Source: a virus
Length of the DNA stretch: 64,000 bases
IMG/VR virus record: IMGVR_UViG_3300033571_020726
Location: 16,739-80,738 of that record
Strand: one strand, 5' to 3'
In this document: piece after piece, positions 20,481 to 32,400 of the stretch
Layout: each line of letters opens with the position of its first letter
How positions within the stretch are numbered: the stretch's first letter is position 1
Notes under the pieces: model-generated
What the model saw: only the letters and a program-made list of their open reading frames with translations
What the model was told of the DNA's origin: nothing
Databases searched by the model: none
Position numbers and translations under genes: made by a program

Positions 20481-21944
20481 ATGTTAACAATTCAGATAAA
20501 AGAAGGTAATATTTCGCCTGTTGTTGAAACAACGCAAGAATATATCTTTGAAATAATTGAAAAACAGTCTAGAATAACAACCAGAACAACCAGGTTGAAC
20601 AGTTTCATAAATATAAATAATTCATATTCTTTTTCAATAAATTTATCGCCTGAATTACGTGATATCATTTCACCATTTTCAAATAAATTTTCTAATTTAG
20701 ATAATAATGTCGACAATTTTATAAATAACGAGAAGTTGTATGAAGAGGAAAAAGATATTTTAAAAACATACAAAAAAATATTTTTAGATAGAGATAAAAA
20801 TGAAAATAAAGTAATAAATTTATTGAATAGCGACTTTATTTTAAATAAAAAAACGAGTATAAGAAATGTTCAAAACAAAAGTATTAATAGCCTGAATTAC
20901 TACTTAGATAATTTTATAATTCATGAAATTTTAACATCTGATACTTTTATTCCTTTTAATGAAATTTTACGTTTTCCTGATACACATGTTTTTAATAAAC
21001 AAAATAATCGTTGGGAAACATCAGGTGCATTATATATTTTGTATAATATGTATGAAAAAATGTTTAAAGTAGGATTAAGTCAAGTTGAACAAAATAAGTT
21101 TATTTATAAATTATTATATCCTATTACACATAATTCATACATTAAATATTTTTCAGGAATGAGATTAGATCCTTTTGATTTAATACTAAAAATAGAAAAA
21201 AGAATAGATATATCTAATTTTACAGGAATTAAATTTGATAAAATAGATTTAGGAAAAAATATAAGAAATGAAGTAAATGTAATAAATGATAAAATAACGA
21301 TAAATGATACAACTACAGCTACTTTTTCTGATTCTTTTAGAGATTTTTCAAATATAAAACCTATATTTACAAAAAAAATTGAAAATATAAATGTAGTCAA
21401 AAAAGATTCATTAACTAATACCGCTTTTACAATTAATGGTAAAATAACGAAACAAACTAAAAAAGTATTTATTAATTTAGAAAATCCAATACCTTTTAAA
21501 AATAATCAAATAAATTTAGGTTGGTTAAATAATGATGATAAAAAAAATATAACGCCTTTTAATGATATGAATATAAAAAATATTAATTCTAATGTTAACT
21601 CTCTTGAATTTATAAAAAATAAAATAGCGAAAATTATTGAAAAAAATGAAAATAATGAGATAATAAATATTAAATATGAAAAATCGTTTGATGATGTGAT
21701 TATAACAAAAATAAATGATGTTATAGTCGATACACAAATAATAAAATCAGGATTTTTTAATTCATTAACAATTTCATTACAAGAAAAACAAAAAATTGTT
21801 AAAATACAAAAAGAAAGTTTAATTCAAACAAAAAATAAAGTTGTTGAATCTATTACACTTGATGAAAAATATCCTGCAAGTGGATTTGATACAGAAAACT
21901 TTATTAAAAAAGATTCAATAGCATATCTAGGAATAAAGGAATAA
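20481..21944 (+). CDS. Hypothetical virion protein (Asn/Ile/Lys-rich)
   Basis: Intact ORF with AAGGT SD. Confidence 0.5.
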   Translation: MLTIQIKEGNISPVVETTQEYIFEIIEKQSRITTRTTRLNSFININNSYSFSINLSPELRDIISPFSNKFSNLDNNVDNFINNEKLYEEEKDILKTYKKIFLDRDKNENKVINLLNSDFILNKKTSIRNVQNKSINSLNYYLDNFIIHEILTSDTFIPFNEILRFPDTHVFNKQNNRWETSGALYILYNMYEKMFKVGLSQVEQNKFIYKLLYPITHNSYIKYFSGMRLDPFDLILKIEKRIDISNFTGIKFDKIDLGKNIRNEVNVINDKITINDTTTATFSDSFRDFSNIKPIFTKKIENINVVKKDSLTNTAFTINGKITKQTKKVFINLENPIPFKNNQINLGWLNNDDKKNITPFNDMNIKNINSNVNSLEFIKNKIAKIIEKNENNEIINIKYEKSFDDVIITKINDVIVDTQIIKSGFFNSLTISLQEKQKIVKIQKESLIQTKNKVVESITLDEKYPASGFDTENFIKKDSIAYLGIKE

Positions 21945-21952
21945 TTAAAAAT

Positions 21953-24900
21953 ATGGCCAGAAAATATAAAAAAATATCAATATCAAATGATTTATTACAA
22001 CCTAAATCTGGTAATTCATTAATAAATATTAAAAATCAAATATGTAAGCAAAATATAATACAAAATAAAAATTCTTATGTACCTATTAATGGTGAAATTT
22101 TTGAAAATAGTCATGAAATTAAAGAAAATATTTTTAATGTAAATGTAATAAATGATTTCGAAACAACACACAATATACAAATATCATTATTAAACAAAAC
22201 GCTATTAAATAGAAAATATATATTTAATTTTCAACAAGAAAATACTGATTTAACTATCAATTTATCTTTAACTAATTCATCTATACCTTTTTTAGATATT
22301 GGGTCATATATTAAAATAGTTGCATCAAAAAATATTAAAAGTCAAAAATTTAAGATTTTTTATAATGGAAATAGATATACTGAATATTTTTCTTTTGAAA
22401 ATGGAAATATTTTTAATGATATAATTTTTTATTGGACAGGAAATGAATGGAAATTAACATATGATCAGAATCAGTCGAATTTAAATAATACTTTTAAAAC
22501 AGTATGGAATGATTCAGATATTATTAAAAATGAAATAAATGACATGAATCAATTTGTTAATTATTCGACTGGTTTAACAAATAATTTAATCGGAAATAGT
22601 CACGTTAATCTATCAAGTAATATTGCTTTTCCATCAAATATTGGAACATTAAATATTGAAAATATAAAATCTAATTTTAATAATCTAAAAAAATTTATTA
22701 AAAAAGAAAATATACAAAATAATAAATTTATATCTTTTATCGATAAAAAATATCCTAAAAATTCAAGTATAATACATGATGAAAATTTTATAAAAGGATT
22801 AGGCAAATTTAATTTAGATAGCAATTTATATGAAGAAACATCAATAGAAATAGAATTAGATAATCCTACTGACGTATTTTTACAACATACAGCTGTAATA
22901 CAGGAAACGCAAATTTCAGATAATAATGATACATGGTCTACTGATGTTTATCCTGAAACTTTTCATAAAGCAAATACACCTTTTGTAATGTATAATTTCT
23001 CAGATCAATGTTGGCAATATAGAGGTATTCATAAACCATATATTCAATTTAATGATATAAATGCATTAGATATTGATTATTTAACATCAAGTTTTAATAA
23101 TGATGTAGTTAACTATTTTAATACAATAGACGTTAATGTAGATGATTCTCAATTAATTACAACTAAAAAAAGATGGCGTATTTTTTATCAAAAATATATT
23201 ATGAATCATGATCCTTTAACATCTACACATACACAGTCTTTAAGATTAAATAATAAACCAAATTCTCAAAATGAAGATGTATATAAATATCAAAATTTTT
23301 TATCAATTCCTACTCAACAATTTGGTTTTCCACATTCATCAAAATTTCATGGTTTTGATTATAATGTTTTAAAAATAAATAAATATATTAATAAACCTTT
23401 TATCATTGATCGTGTTGAATTTAATGCAAATGTAGAAGTTAAAGGTGAAATATCATATATTGATTCTAAAAAATTAGAAACCCCATTTAATATTTCTTTA
23501 AACTTTTTTATTTTAAATCAAAGAAAAAAATCTAAGTTTTCTATAAATACTTTTAAAGGCGTCGAAACAAAATATTTTTCAAATTTTTCTAATGGTATTC
23601 ATTCATTAACAAATTTTAATACATCTAAATTTATAATGACAAATTCTTCTATTAATCAAGGCGTTTTAACTACACCTTCATCTTGGGATTTATATATTGA
23701 TAATAAAAAAGTATATCAAGAATTTATGTTTCAAGATGAATATTCACCATATATACCTACAATTGATAATAATACTGGTTTATATCTATCACAGGGCATT
23801 GACGATAATCTGTTTGACATAAATCATACAAAGACTTTTAAAATATTTATATCAAATGCAAATGTTGATAATTATTCATTTGATGAATTTAAAACAACAA
23901 CATTAAATATAAATACACATGATGGAGAATATACAAGAGAAATAATAACATATGGAAATGCTTTATTTTATTCACATTTTAATAAAAGATGGAATGGAAG
24001 TTCTTTTGTAAATATATCATCAAATATAAAGGACATGATTAGTAAAACTATACAAAATAATAATGATTTATATATTGATACTACACCAAGTCAAAATGCA
24101 TTAGATAATATTTATCAGGATAATGAAATAAATACAGGCTTTAATTATGCAAATAATATAAGCATAAAGGCTGTTGTAAAGTCTCCAAAAGAATGTAATA
24201 TAAATATTAATAATCATTTAATAAATAATCAAATTTTAATACCTACATCAAATCCATCAAATATAAAATTAAGTACAAGTGTAGTCTATAGTGGTAATCA
24301 ATATGAATCAATTAATAATAGTGTAGATGAAAATGCATATTCAGGTACTAGATATTTAGAAAGAAAAATATCAGGTAGAAATCAAAATGATTCATACAAT
24401 AATTTAAACGTTGATTTACCTTTATCTGATATAGAATTACGAAATGATACTGTTTTAACAGATTTAAATGTTGATTATTTAGATAAAATGTCAATAAAAA
24501 TAGATTCAGGCGTTAAATTAACAAATCAAAGTTCGCCATATGTATTAATGCCATCAGATAATTTATTATTTTGTTTATCAACATCTAATTTAATTTCTTC
24601 TAATTTAATAAAGCAAGTAGTTAAAATTAAAAAAGGTAAAGTTAAGTTTGTTTTACATGGATATATTCCTAAAAATAATAGAATGATAGTTGATTATAAA
24701 AATTTAAAGGATTTAAATACTGACAATTTTTCATCAAATATTATAGGTAATACATTTGTAAATGATAATTTTTCTGAATTATTTGAAAAATCAGAATTAT
24801 TTAATTGTTATTTAGATAGAATATTTAAAGGTGACTTTTTTCTTAATACAAGGAAATTAAATGACGATAATATAGTATCTTCTTCAAAAATAAAATCAGG

Positions 24901-25501
24901 GAGCGCATTTATACCTTATGTTATATTAGAAAATTTAAATTTTAAAAAAGATAGTTGGATATATGATGATTTTGATCTTATTTTAAAAATTAAAGAAATT
25001 TTTTACGATCAAAATGGCGTTGGTTTATTATCAAATCAAACAAAATTAATAAATATTATTAGAAATATGAAATTTTATAAATCAAATAATACAAATGATA
25101 ATTTAACACTATATTTTGGAACATATCGTAATAATATAGAACCTTCAAAATCAAATATAAAAAAGAAATGTAGTTATAAATCATATGGTCAATATTGTTT
25201 AAACTTTGGGCAAAGATTATTTACAACATATTCTGAATCTTATGGTGAGAAAAATTTTCAAAAGAAGACAACATATGTAATTGAACAAAAATTTATCGAT
25301 AATTTAACAGGTGAAGAAATAACGAATATGAGTAATATTAAAAATAGAAATAAATCAAAAACTCTAGAATTATATGATTCAGGATATAAATCAATTAATG
25401 AAAACGGAGATATAACAAAATGGAATTATGAAGATTTTTTATCTTTAAAACACGTTGCATTTAATGATACATCTTTTAATGTTATTTATAACAATAATTA
25501 A
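21953..25501 (+). CDS. Large hypothetical virion protein
   Basis: 1182-aa ORF; contains a small fibre-type beta module (DIGSYIKIV...IFYWTGNEWKL). Confidence 0.55.
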   Translation: MARKYKKISISNDLLQPKSGNSLINIKNQICKQNIIQNKNSYVPINGEIFENSHEIKENIFNVNVINDFETTHNIQISLLNKTLLNRKYIFNFQQENTDLTINLSLTNSSIPFLDIGSYIKIVASKNIKSQKFKIFYNGNRYTEYFSFENGNIFNDIIFYWTGNEWKLTYDQNQSNLNNTFKTVWNDSDIIKNEINDMNQFVNYSTGLTNNLIGNSHVNLSSNIAFPSNIGTLNIENIKSNFNNLKKFIKKENIQNNKFISFIDKKYPKNSSIIHDENFIKGLGKFNLDSNLYEETSIEIELDNPTDVFLQHTAVIQETQISDNNDTWSTDVYPETFHKANTPFVMYNFSDQCWQYRGIHKPYIQFNDINALDIDYLTSSFNNDVVNYFNTIDVNVDDSQLITTKKRWRIFYQKYIMNHDPLTSTHTQSLRLNNKPNSQNEDVYKYQNFLSIPTQQFGFPHSSKFHGFDYNVLKINKYINKPFIIDRVEFNANVEVKGEISYIDSKKLETPFNISLNFFILNQRKKSKFSINTFKGVETKYFSNFSNGIHSLTNFNTSKFIMTNSSINQGVLTTPSSWDLYIDNKKVYQEFMFQDEYSPYIPTIDNNTGLYLSQGIDDNLFDINHTKTFKIFISNANVDNYSFDEFKTTTLNINTHDGEYTREIITYGNALFYSHFNKRWNGSSFVNISSNIKDMISKTIQNNNDLYIDTTPSQNALDNIYQDNEINTGFNYANNISIKAVVKSPKECNININNHLINNQILIPTSNPSNIKLSTSVVYSGNQYESINNSVDENAYSGTRYLERKISGRNQNDSYNNLNVDLPLSDIELRNDTVLTDLNVDYLDKMSIKIDSGVKLTNQSSPYVLMPSDNLLFCLSTSNLISSNLIKQVVKIKKGKVKFVLHGYIPKNNRMIVDYKNLKDLNTDNFSSNIIGNTFVNDNFSELFEKSELFNCYLDRIFKGDFFLNTRKLNDDNIVSSSKIKSGSAFIPYVILENLNFKKDSWIYDDFDLILKIKEIFYDQNGVGLLSNQTKLINIIRNMKFYKSNNTNDNLTLYFGTYRNNIEPSKSNIKKKCSYKSYGQYCLNFGQRLFTTYSESYGEKNFQKKTTYVIEQKFIDNLTGEEITNMSNIKNRNKSKTLELYDSGYKSINENGDITKWNYEDFLSLKHVAFNDTSFNVIYNNN

Positions 25502-25521
25502 TATATAATTTACAATATAAA

Positions 25522-25550
25522 TTTTATATTTTAATAAATAAAATATAAAA
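25522..25550 (+). promoter_or_regulatory. Leader inverted repeat, TAAATA at apex
   Basis: TTTTATATTTTA / TAAAATATAAAA, perfect 12 bp, loop ATAAA. Confidence 0.45.
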
Positions 25551-25560
25551 GAAGAAGAAA

Positions 25561-26694
25561 ATGTCTGGGATATTAAATAAAAAACAAAGATTAGTAGATT
25601 TTAGTTTAACAAAAAATGGGTATAAACAAATAGAAAATGGAGATTTAAGATTTGTTTATGCCTCTTTAACAGATAAAGATATGATATATTCTAAAAAGCA
25701 AGGTGAATATAATATAGCAGATATTGAAGCATCACCTTTTTTTTTCGAAGTTTATTCAAAGTATACAGACAATATTAATACTGAAATTGATATTAAAAAT
25801 ATCAGTAATTTTGCTTTAAAAACAGAATTAAATAATTCATTTATTAATTTAGTTAATAATACAAATAGCAATATAGAATCAGGAATATTGCAAGAAGTAT
25901 TTAATAAAGTGTCAAATGATGTAATGTCAAGTTTAAAAAACGAATGTATAATATTATCAGACGATTATATTTCAAATACAAATAATGATATATCATTATT
26001 CCTATATAAAAAAAACGATGATGAAATAAATATATCATTAAACGATTTAAATATTACAAATTATATGAATGCAGATAATTTATTTGAGATTAATATTGAT
26101 AATAATTATTATACAATTCAAAATCCAATTATTAATTTTGACAGATATTCTTTATTTGAAGATGATAGATTTATAAATAAATTAAATTATTTGTTTTTAC
26201 CACCAACTAATATAAATACTAATATTGTATCTAAAAATAATAATCTATCAAATATGTATAATACTTTTGAAGATAAAAGAAAACCTGAAAAATTATTATA
26301 TAAAAAGTTAAATAATAATCTCTTAACAAATATAAATACGACAGATATATTACAGCAATTAAAAAATTTAGAATTAGCAGCATCAAATAAAATAAATGAT
26401 ACATTAAATACGCAAAAAATAAGTAAAATAGAATTTAAATTTGAAAATAAACAATTCGAAACAGAGTTTTTAATATCACTTTTCGAGCTAAATCAAAATG
26501 AATCGACATTAAATAAATTATTATTCATAAATCAAGGTGAAATATTTGATACGGGTGATAATAAAAATAAACAAATATATTCAGTTGGTAAATTATTTAA
26601 AACTAAAATTGATTTACAAAATCTTTTAAACGATAATATTGATGATGAAATCAACTATATTTTTATAAATTTATTTACTATAGTTATAGAATAA
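25561..26694 (+). CDS. Virion structural protein, N-terminus paralogous to 36816-37631
   Basis: VDFSLTKNGYKQI...FVYASLTDKDMIY...PFFFE aligns with IDAVLTERGRELL...IDSFAFGDDEIDY...TPIFE. Confidence 0.55.
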   Translation: MSGILNKKQRLVDFSLTKNGYKQIENGDLRFVYASLTDKDMIYSKKQGEYNIADIEASPFFFEVYSKYTDNINTEIDIKNISNFALKTELNNSFINLVNNTNSNIESGILQEVFNKVSNDVMSSLKNECIILSDDYISNTNNDISLFLYKKNDDEINISLNDLNITNYMNADNLFEINIDNNYYTIQNPIINFDRYSLFEDDRFINKLNYLFLPPTNINTNIVSKNNNLSNMYNTFEDKRKPEKLLYKKLNNNLLTNINTTDILQQLKNLELAASNKINDTLNTQKISKIEFKFENKQFETEFLISLFELNQNESTLNKLLFINQGEIFDTGDNKNKQIYSVGKLFKTKIDLQNLLNDNIDDEINYIFINLFTIVIE

Positions 26695-26705
26695 AAGGAT
26701 TTGAT

Positions 26706-29351
26706 ATGATAAACAATAATTTAGGATCTTTATTTAAAGGTAATTTAGGAAGAACATACCAAGGAAGGCAATTTGTTTTTTATAAAAATAAACCTACAAT
26801 ATTTAAAACTTATATAGAAATAGATAATAATCAGGCTAAAAGATTAAATTTAAGTTATTTCAAAACAGCTACAATTTATAAAAAAAATAATAGTTATTTA
26901 AATAGCAATGATAAAAGATTCTTGATAAATGAAAATCAAATATTTGATATAAAAAATTATTTATCAGGTAATTATGTAAATGAGAAATATAATTTATTAG
27001 ATAAATCAAATAATTTTTTAGGCAGAAGTTTAAAAATATCAGAATCTTTTTCAAAAAATCAAATCGAAAATTATACGATTAGAGATGTAAAAAATTATTT
27101 TTTTGGCGTTAATATGTATATTGATACTAAATTAGGCTTTACAATAAATAATTTACAAGAAATTTTTTTTGAAACAAATTTTAATGTGCAAAGTAGTATT
27201 GGAGGAAATGAAGAATATAATACTATTTTAATTGTTTATGCTTTTGATAAAAATGACAATATTATAGATATAAAAAAAATAGAAAATTTTATTCCTAAAA
27301 ATGTCACATGGTTTGAAGATAAAACAACAACTACATTAAATAATTTTGATACAATTGATTTTGATACATTATTAAATTTTTCTTTTGATAATAACATTTA
27401 TAATAATATAATAAGGAAAATGATTATATCTAGAACATCAATATATAATTCATTATTAAATAGTGATTTAAACCCTATAGAAAATATTACGATACAAGAA
27501 AACAATAATGATATAGAAAATCAAAATATACAATTAATAAATGATAATACTGACGTTTTTTTTAATAGCAATTTACAAAACTTACAAATTGGTGAAGAAA
27601 TAAAATATAAAATTTATTTAAAAATAACAGGAAGTAATAAATTTTATATTTTAAATACATCACATAAAATAATTAATACTGAAAATGTAGGTTTAGTATC
27701 AAATCAAAATAATTTAAATCAATATTTAAACATTGATGCTACGCATTTACATGTTCAGAATTTAATACAAATAAAGTTAAGTATGACAAATGAAGTATTG
27801 AATATACCTACATTTAATCCAACTTTTTCAGGAATATATCTTAATAATATTATAGATTCTCAAAATTTAATAAATAATATTTTATTAATAGCAACAGGAA
27901 ATAATTCGAATAATTTTATTTCATTTAATGGAGAATTATTAAAAAACATTTTAATAAATTCTTCTAGAAATGTTTCAGACAATATTGAATTAATTTTTTA
28001 TTTGAAAAGTAATTATAATATTATAAATAAGATTTATTTTACGTTTGAAGAAAATTTTAAAAAATATAATATCAGTGCTGATATTACTGATGTATTTGAA
28101 GATATTAAATTAAATCAATCTTTATCAATTCAAAATATAACGAAGAATACTATAAATTATTCAAACTTATATATAAACTATAATATAAAAATAAGCGATT
28201 ATAAAAATTCTAATACTAATTTAAACAAATTATTATTTTTAAATTATGATTCTATTTATATCGATCAATTAAAACAAAATGCAAATGCATATAAAGAAAC
28301 TTTTAATAATAATATTTTTGTAATTATAAGAAAAAAAATAAAACAATCATTAAATAATAATAATAAAGAAAGATATTATATTTTTAATAAAGACATAATC
28401 GATAATTTAAATTTGAATTTAAATATAGAATATACAGATGATATATCATTAGATTTAAAATATAATGATGATGAAGAATTAAATAAAATATTCGATATAA
28501 AAGATAATATTGATGAAAATTCAATAACTAATTATGAAATTTCAGCAAAAATAATGATAATACCTTTAGATTTTTTTTCAACAACTGTTAATAAATTTCA
28601 AATAAAAGAAAAAATTAAAGAAATAATTTTATTAAATAGTCAAAGTAAATTAATACCAAGTATGAATGATATAGAAAATATTTACAATATATTATTTAAT
28701 ATAAACAAAGATGTTTTTCAATCATTAAAGCAATTAGATTTATATAAGTTATTTAACAGTTTTTGTATTAAAGATAGTTTTGCAATAAATACAATTAGTT
28801 TACCAAAAATTATTACAACTGTTGTCGATAAATCTAATTTAGTATTAGAATATTCGTCTTTTTCTTTTAATTTAGACGATTTTAATTTAGATAATTCAAA
28901 AAAAGAATCTCAAATATTATTTACTGCAAATTTTAATTTAAATAGTAATTTAGATAATTTAAAAAATGTATTAAATTATTTAGGAAATATTGTAACTGAT
29001 TTTTTTGAATCTTTTTATTATAAGCGTAATAATCAATATATTGATATTTTTTCATTACAAAATATCGGTTTTACAAAAAGAGAAATAATTGAAAAAATAA
29101 ATAATTCTTTTATTAAAAAATATAAATTCTCAAATACGACAATTGATATTGAGTTTTCTTTAATATTAAAAAACGAAATAGCTACATTTTTTAGAGACTT
29201 AATTTCATTATCAATCAATGATAAAAAAAATAAAAACTTTTTAAAAAATAATTTTTATATAAAACTAAATTTTCAAAGATTTAGTATCAATAAAATAGAT
29301 ATATCAATCAAAAATGTAGATGATATATTTGTCAAATTTCCTTTATATTAA
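26706..29351 (+). CDS. Large hypothetical protein (Asn/Ile-rich)
   Basis: 881-aa intact ORF with AAGGA SD. Confidence 0.5.
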   Translation: MINNNLGSLFKGNLGRTYQGRQFVFYKNKPTIFKTYIEIDNNQAKRLNLSYFKTATIYKKNNSYLNSNDKRFLINENQIFDIKNYLSGNYVNEKYNLLDKSNNFLGRSLKISESFSKNQIENYTIRDVKNYFFGVNMYIDTKLGFTINNLQEIFFETNFNVQSSIGGNEEYNTILIVYAFDKNDNIIDIKKIENFIPKNVTWFEDKTTTTLNNFDTIDFDTLLNFSFDNNIYNNIIRKMIISRTSIYNSLLNSDLNPIENITIQENNNDIENQNIQLINDNTDVFFNSNLQNLQIGEEIKYKIYLKITGSNKFYILNTSHKIINTENVGLVSNQNNLNQYLNIDATHLHVQNLIQIKLSMTNEVLNIPTFNPTFSGIYLNNIIDSQNLINNILLIATGNNSNNFISFNGELLKNILINSSRNVSDNIELIFYLKSNYNIINKIYFTFEENFKKYNISADITDVFEDIKLNQSLSIQNITKNTINYSNLYINYNIKISDYKNSNTNLNKLLFLNYDSIYIDQLKQNANAYKETFNNNIFVIIRKKIKQSLNNNNKERYYIFNKDIIDNLNLNLNIEYTDDISLDLKYNDDEELNKIFDIKDNIDENSITNYEISAKIMIIPLDFFSTTVNKFQIKEKIKEIILLNSQSKLIPSMNDIENIYNILFNINKDVFQSLKQLDLYKLFNSFCIKDSFAINTISLPKIITTVVDKSNLVLEYSSFSFNLDDFNLDNSKKESQILFTANFNLNSNLDNLKNVLNYLGNIVTDFFESFYYKRNNQYIDIFSLQNIGFTKREIIEKINNSFIKKYKFSNTTIDIEFSLILKNEIATFFRDLISLSINDKKNKNFLKNNFYIKLNFQRFSINKIDISIKNVDDIFVKFPLY

Positions 29352-29417
29352 ATTTTTTTTAGCTATAAATAATAATATAGAATTTATAAACATTAAGTTT
29401 GTAAAATAGGATTAAAT

Positions 29418-32400
29418 ATGGCTATTTTTGAATCAAGTTTAGAAAAAATAAGATTTATTAATAAATTAAATAATAAAGATATAAAAACAAATTTAATACA
29501 AATTACAAATTATCAAAATAATATAGGTGATGAAACTTTTTTAGATATAAAATTTGAATTAGATGTTATACATAAAGGACAATTTTCATATACAAAAAAG
29601 TTTTTAAATCAAAATACAAGCTCTCCAGCATTTACTAATATTAATAGTATAAGAAGTATCGTTAATCTTTTTAAAACGCAAAACAGTAAACATGAAAAAA
29701 TATTTAATAATATAGAAAGAATAGTTTCTCAAGTATATGCAGATGACAAACTATTTTCAATCTCAACTGCAAGATTAAATAATATTTATACAGATTTTAA
29801 TCAGGAATCTAAAAAATATACATTTGATTTATTGGCAAATTTTATATTATCTTACAATAATACAACAACAATATCAACAACTAAAAGTTTTGCTAAAGAT
29901 CTATTTAAAGATAATGTAAATAATGATAATGAAAATTTATTTGCATTGAAAACAAAATTTATTGAAAATAATTTAAATTTAAATAGTCAAAACACAAATA
30001 ATCAAATATTGTTTTTTTTAAAAAATTTTTTAGGTTTTAATTTTTTAAATTTAGATAATAATCTTAAAATTTCAAATGGTAATAAACCTTTATCTTTCAT
30101 GTCAATTAATACAATTAAAAATAATATTAAAAACAATGCATTTGATGATATGTCAATAAATTCATTATTATACGGGTTTATTTCAAATGAAGAATTGTCA
30201 ACAAATAAATATAATTATTCTAATTTAACAAATTTTCCTTTAATTGAAGACGATATAACAAAAGAATTTATACCATTTAAATATACAAAAAATTTCAATT
30301 TATTTAATGGATCAAATATACTAGATTTTACAAAAAAATATATAACAATTTTATCAAATTCTTCTTTAAAAAATGAAAATGAAAACGAATTTATTTCAAA
30401 CAGTATAGAAAGTTTTAAAAATATAAAAAATTGTATTTATTCTAATAATATAAAAGAAGATTATAATTTTATATATACAACTAAAATTAATGAAAATTTA
30501 AAATTTGAATCAAAAGCAAATCAAAATATTTTAGCACATACATCATTATATAAAATATTTAATCCAAATACATATGGTATAACATCATTATTGCAAAAAG
30601 ATAGATCTGACATGTTACAATGTTTAAATTTAATTGCAAATAATATTAATAGTAAAAGAATTATTTTATTAAAAAACGCAATATCTACTTCTCCTAATTT
30701 TAATAATAATTTATTTTCAAATTTAGAAGAACCTACAACTAATTTTAAGGATAAATTAACGAATGCCTTATTATTTCATAACTCAATTAATAGTGAAGAA
30801 ACAGGTATTTTAAATAATACTTTATCTATTTTTAATTATAAAAAAAATAATTTTTTTGCTAATATATTAAAAAATAGAAATATATGTAACTATATTGTTA
30901 AAAATTTTAAAAAAATATATTTCAAAAACACTAATATTTTTAATACATTCAAAAGAATATTCTTATACAATAAAAACAAAATTAATGAATTAAATAATTT
31001 TGAATCATATTTTGTTTCAAACCTTGAAAATAATTCTATTATATCAAATATACCTGATGCTATGAATCGATTTAAAATCAAATCAACAATTGATGTTGCT
31101 GAAATTAGAGAATATAATAACTATATTATTGGTGATCAAAATTTCGAATCAAGCAAAAATTTAAATGAAAAATTAGTAAATGAATATAATGAAAATATAA
31201 ATTTTGAAAATATAAAAGATTCAATGAGACGTGAAAAAGAAGATATATCGAATATTATAAATGAATATTATTCAGATAATTTTGAAATATTTAAGAATAC
31301 TTCTACGTTTTTTTCATCTATCAAAGATATTTGTTCTCAAAATATATCTTTTTTGACAAGTAATGATGCAAATGCAGATATATTAGATACAGCATCAATA
31401 TTATGGGTATTTAATGAAAACAATACAATATATGCGCAAGATGAAAAAAATGATTTTTTAAATAAATTAACTAAAAGTTTAATAAAATTTAATATTATTA
31501 AAAGAACAAATAATAATAACTTAAAAAATGCATTTAAAACAGAAATAAATAATATAATAACATCAAAAAATACTAATAATAATATAATGGAATTATTTCC
31601 TTTCTTTATATTTACAACTGAACATTATAACAATAATGAGCAAAAAAATTATTTTAAAACTGAATCAGGTTTTAATTCAATTAATAATTCAGATGAACAT
31701 GAAACAAGAGGTTTATTTTCACATTTTATATATAATGAAAATACTCCATTTAATATAACAAAATTAAATAGTATAAATGATTTTAGAAAAAGCAAATTAA
31801 ATTTTAATGATAGTATATTAAAAAAAATTAATATTGCAGGATGTAATTTGATTAATAATGAAAAGGTAATGTTTATTCCTGAACTTTATATTAATCAAAA
31901 TAAGAATTATGAAATAAAAAATAATATTTTTATAATACTTAACACATTACCTACTGTTTATAGTTTCACAGATTATTCTTATTCAATTGTTTTAAAAGAA
32001 TTAATTACAAAATATTCTTTATCAAAAACTTTTAATTTTGTTAATAATGATGTTGAAAATAATTTGTTTTTTAATATTATATCAAAGTTTAATATTTTAA
32101 TTGAAGACTTTTTACTTACACGTTTAAATATAAATACGATTAATAGTATATCTGAGTTAGATAGTATAATAGATTCAGACAATGAAATATTAAGTATTGT
32201 CGAAAATACATTAAAAATAGCGTCAGATATTTATTGCGATATGTCTAATTCTTTACAATCTTATGTAAATATATCGAATAGGGTTTTTCAAAGCAATGAA
32301 TTAAATGCAAGAATAAATGCAGCAATAAATATAAATAATCGTAATGATCTTTCAATAGAAAATAATATTTATATGCAAAAAGTAAATAGTTTTATATCAA

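Noticed and set aside
29364-29371. Exact T4 late promoter TATAAATA (also 5462 and 7807) as the late consensus
   Set aside because: Found in only a few leaders and expected by chance at this composition; the looser TAWWTA is more consistent but itself only tentative.
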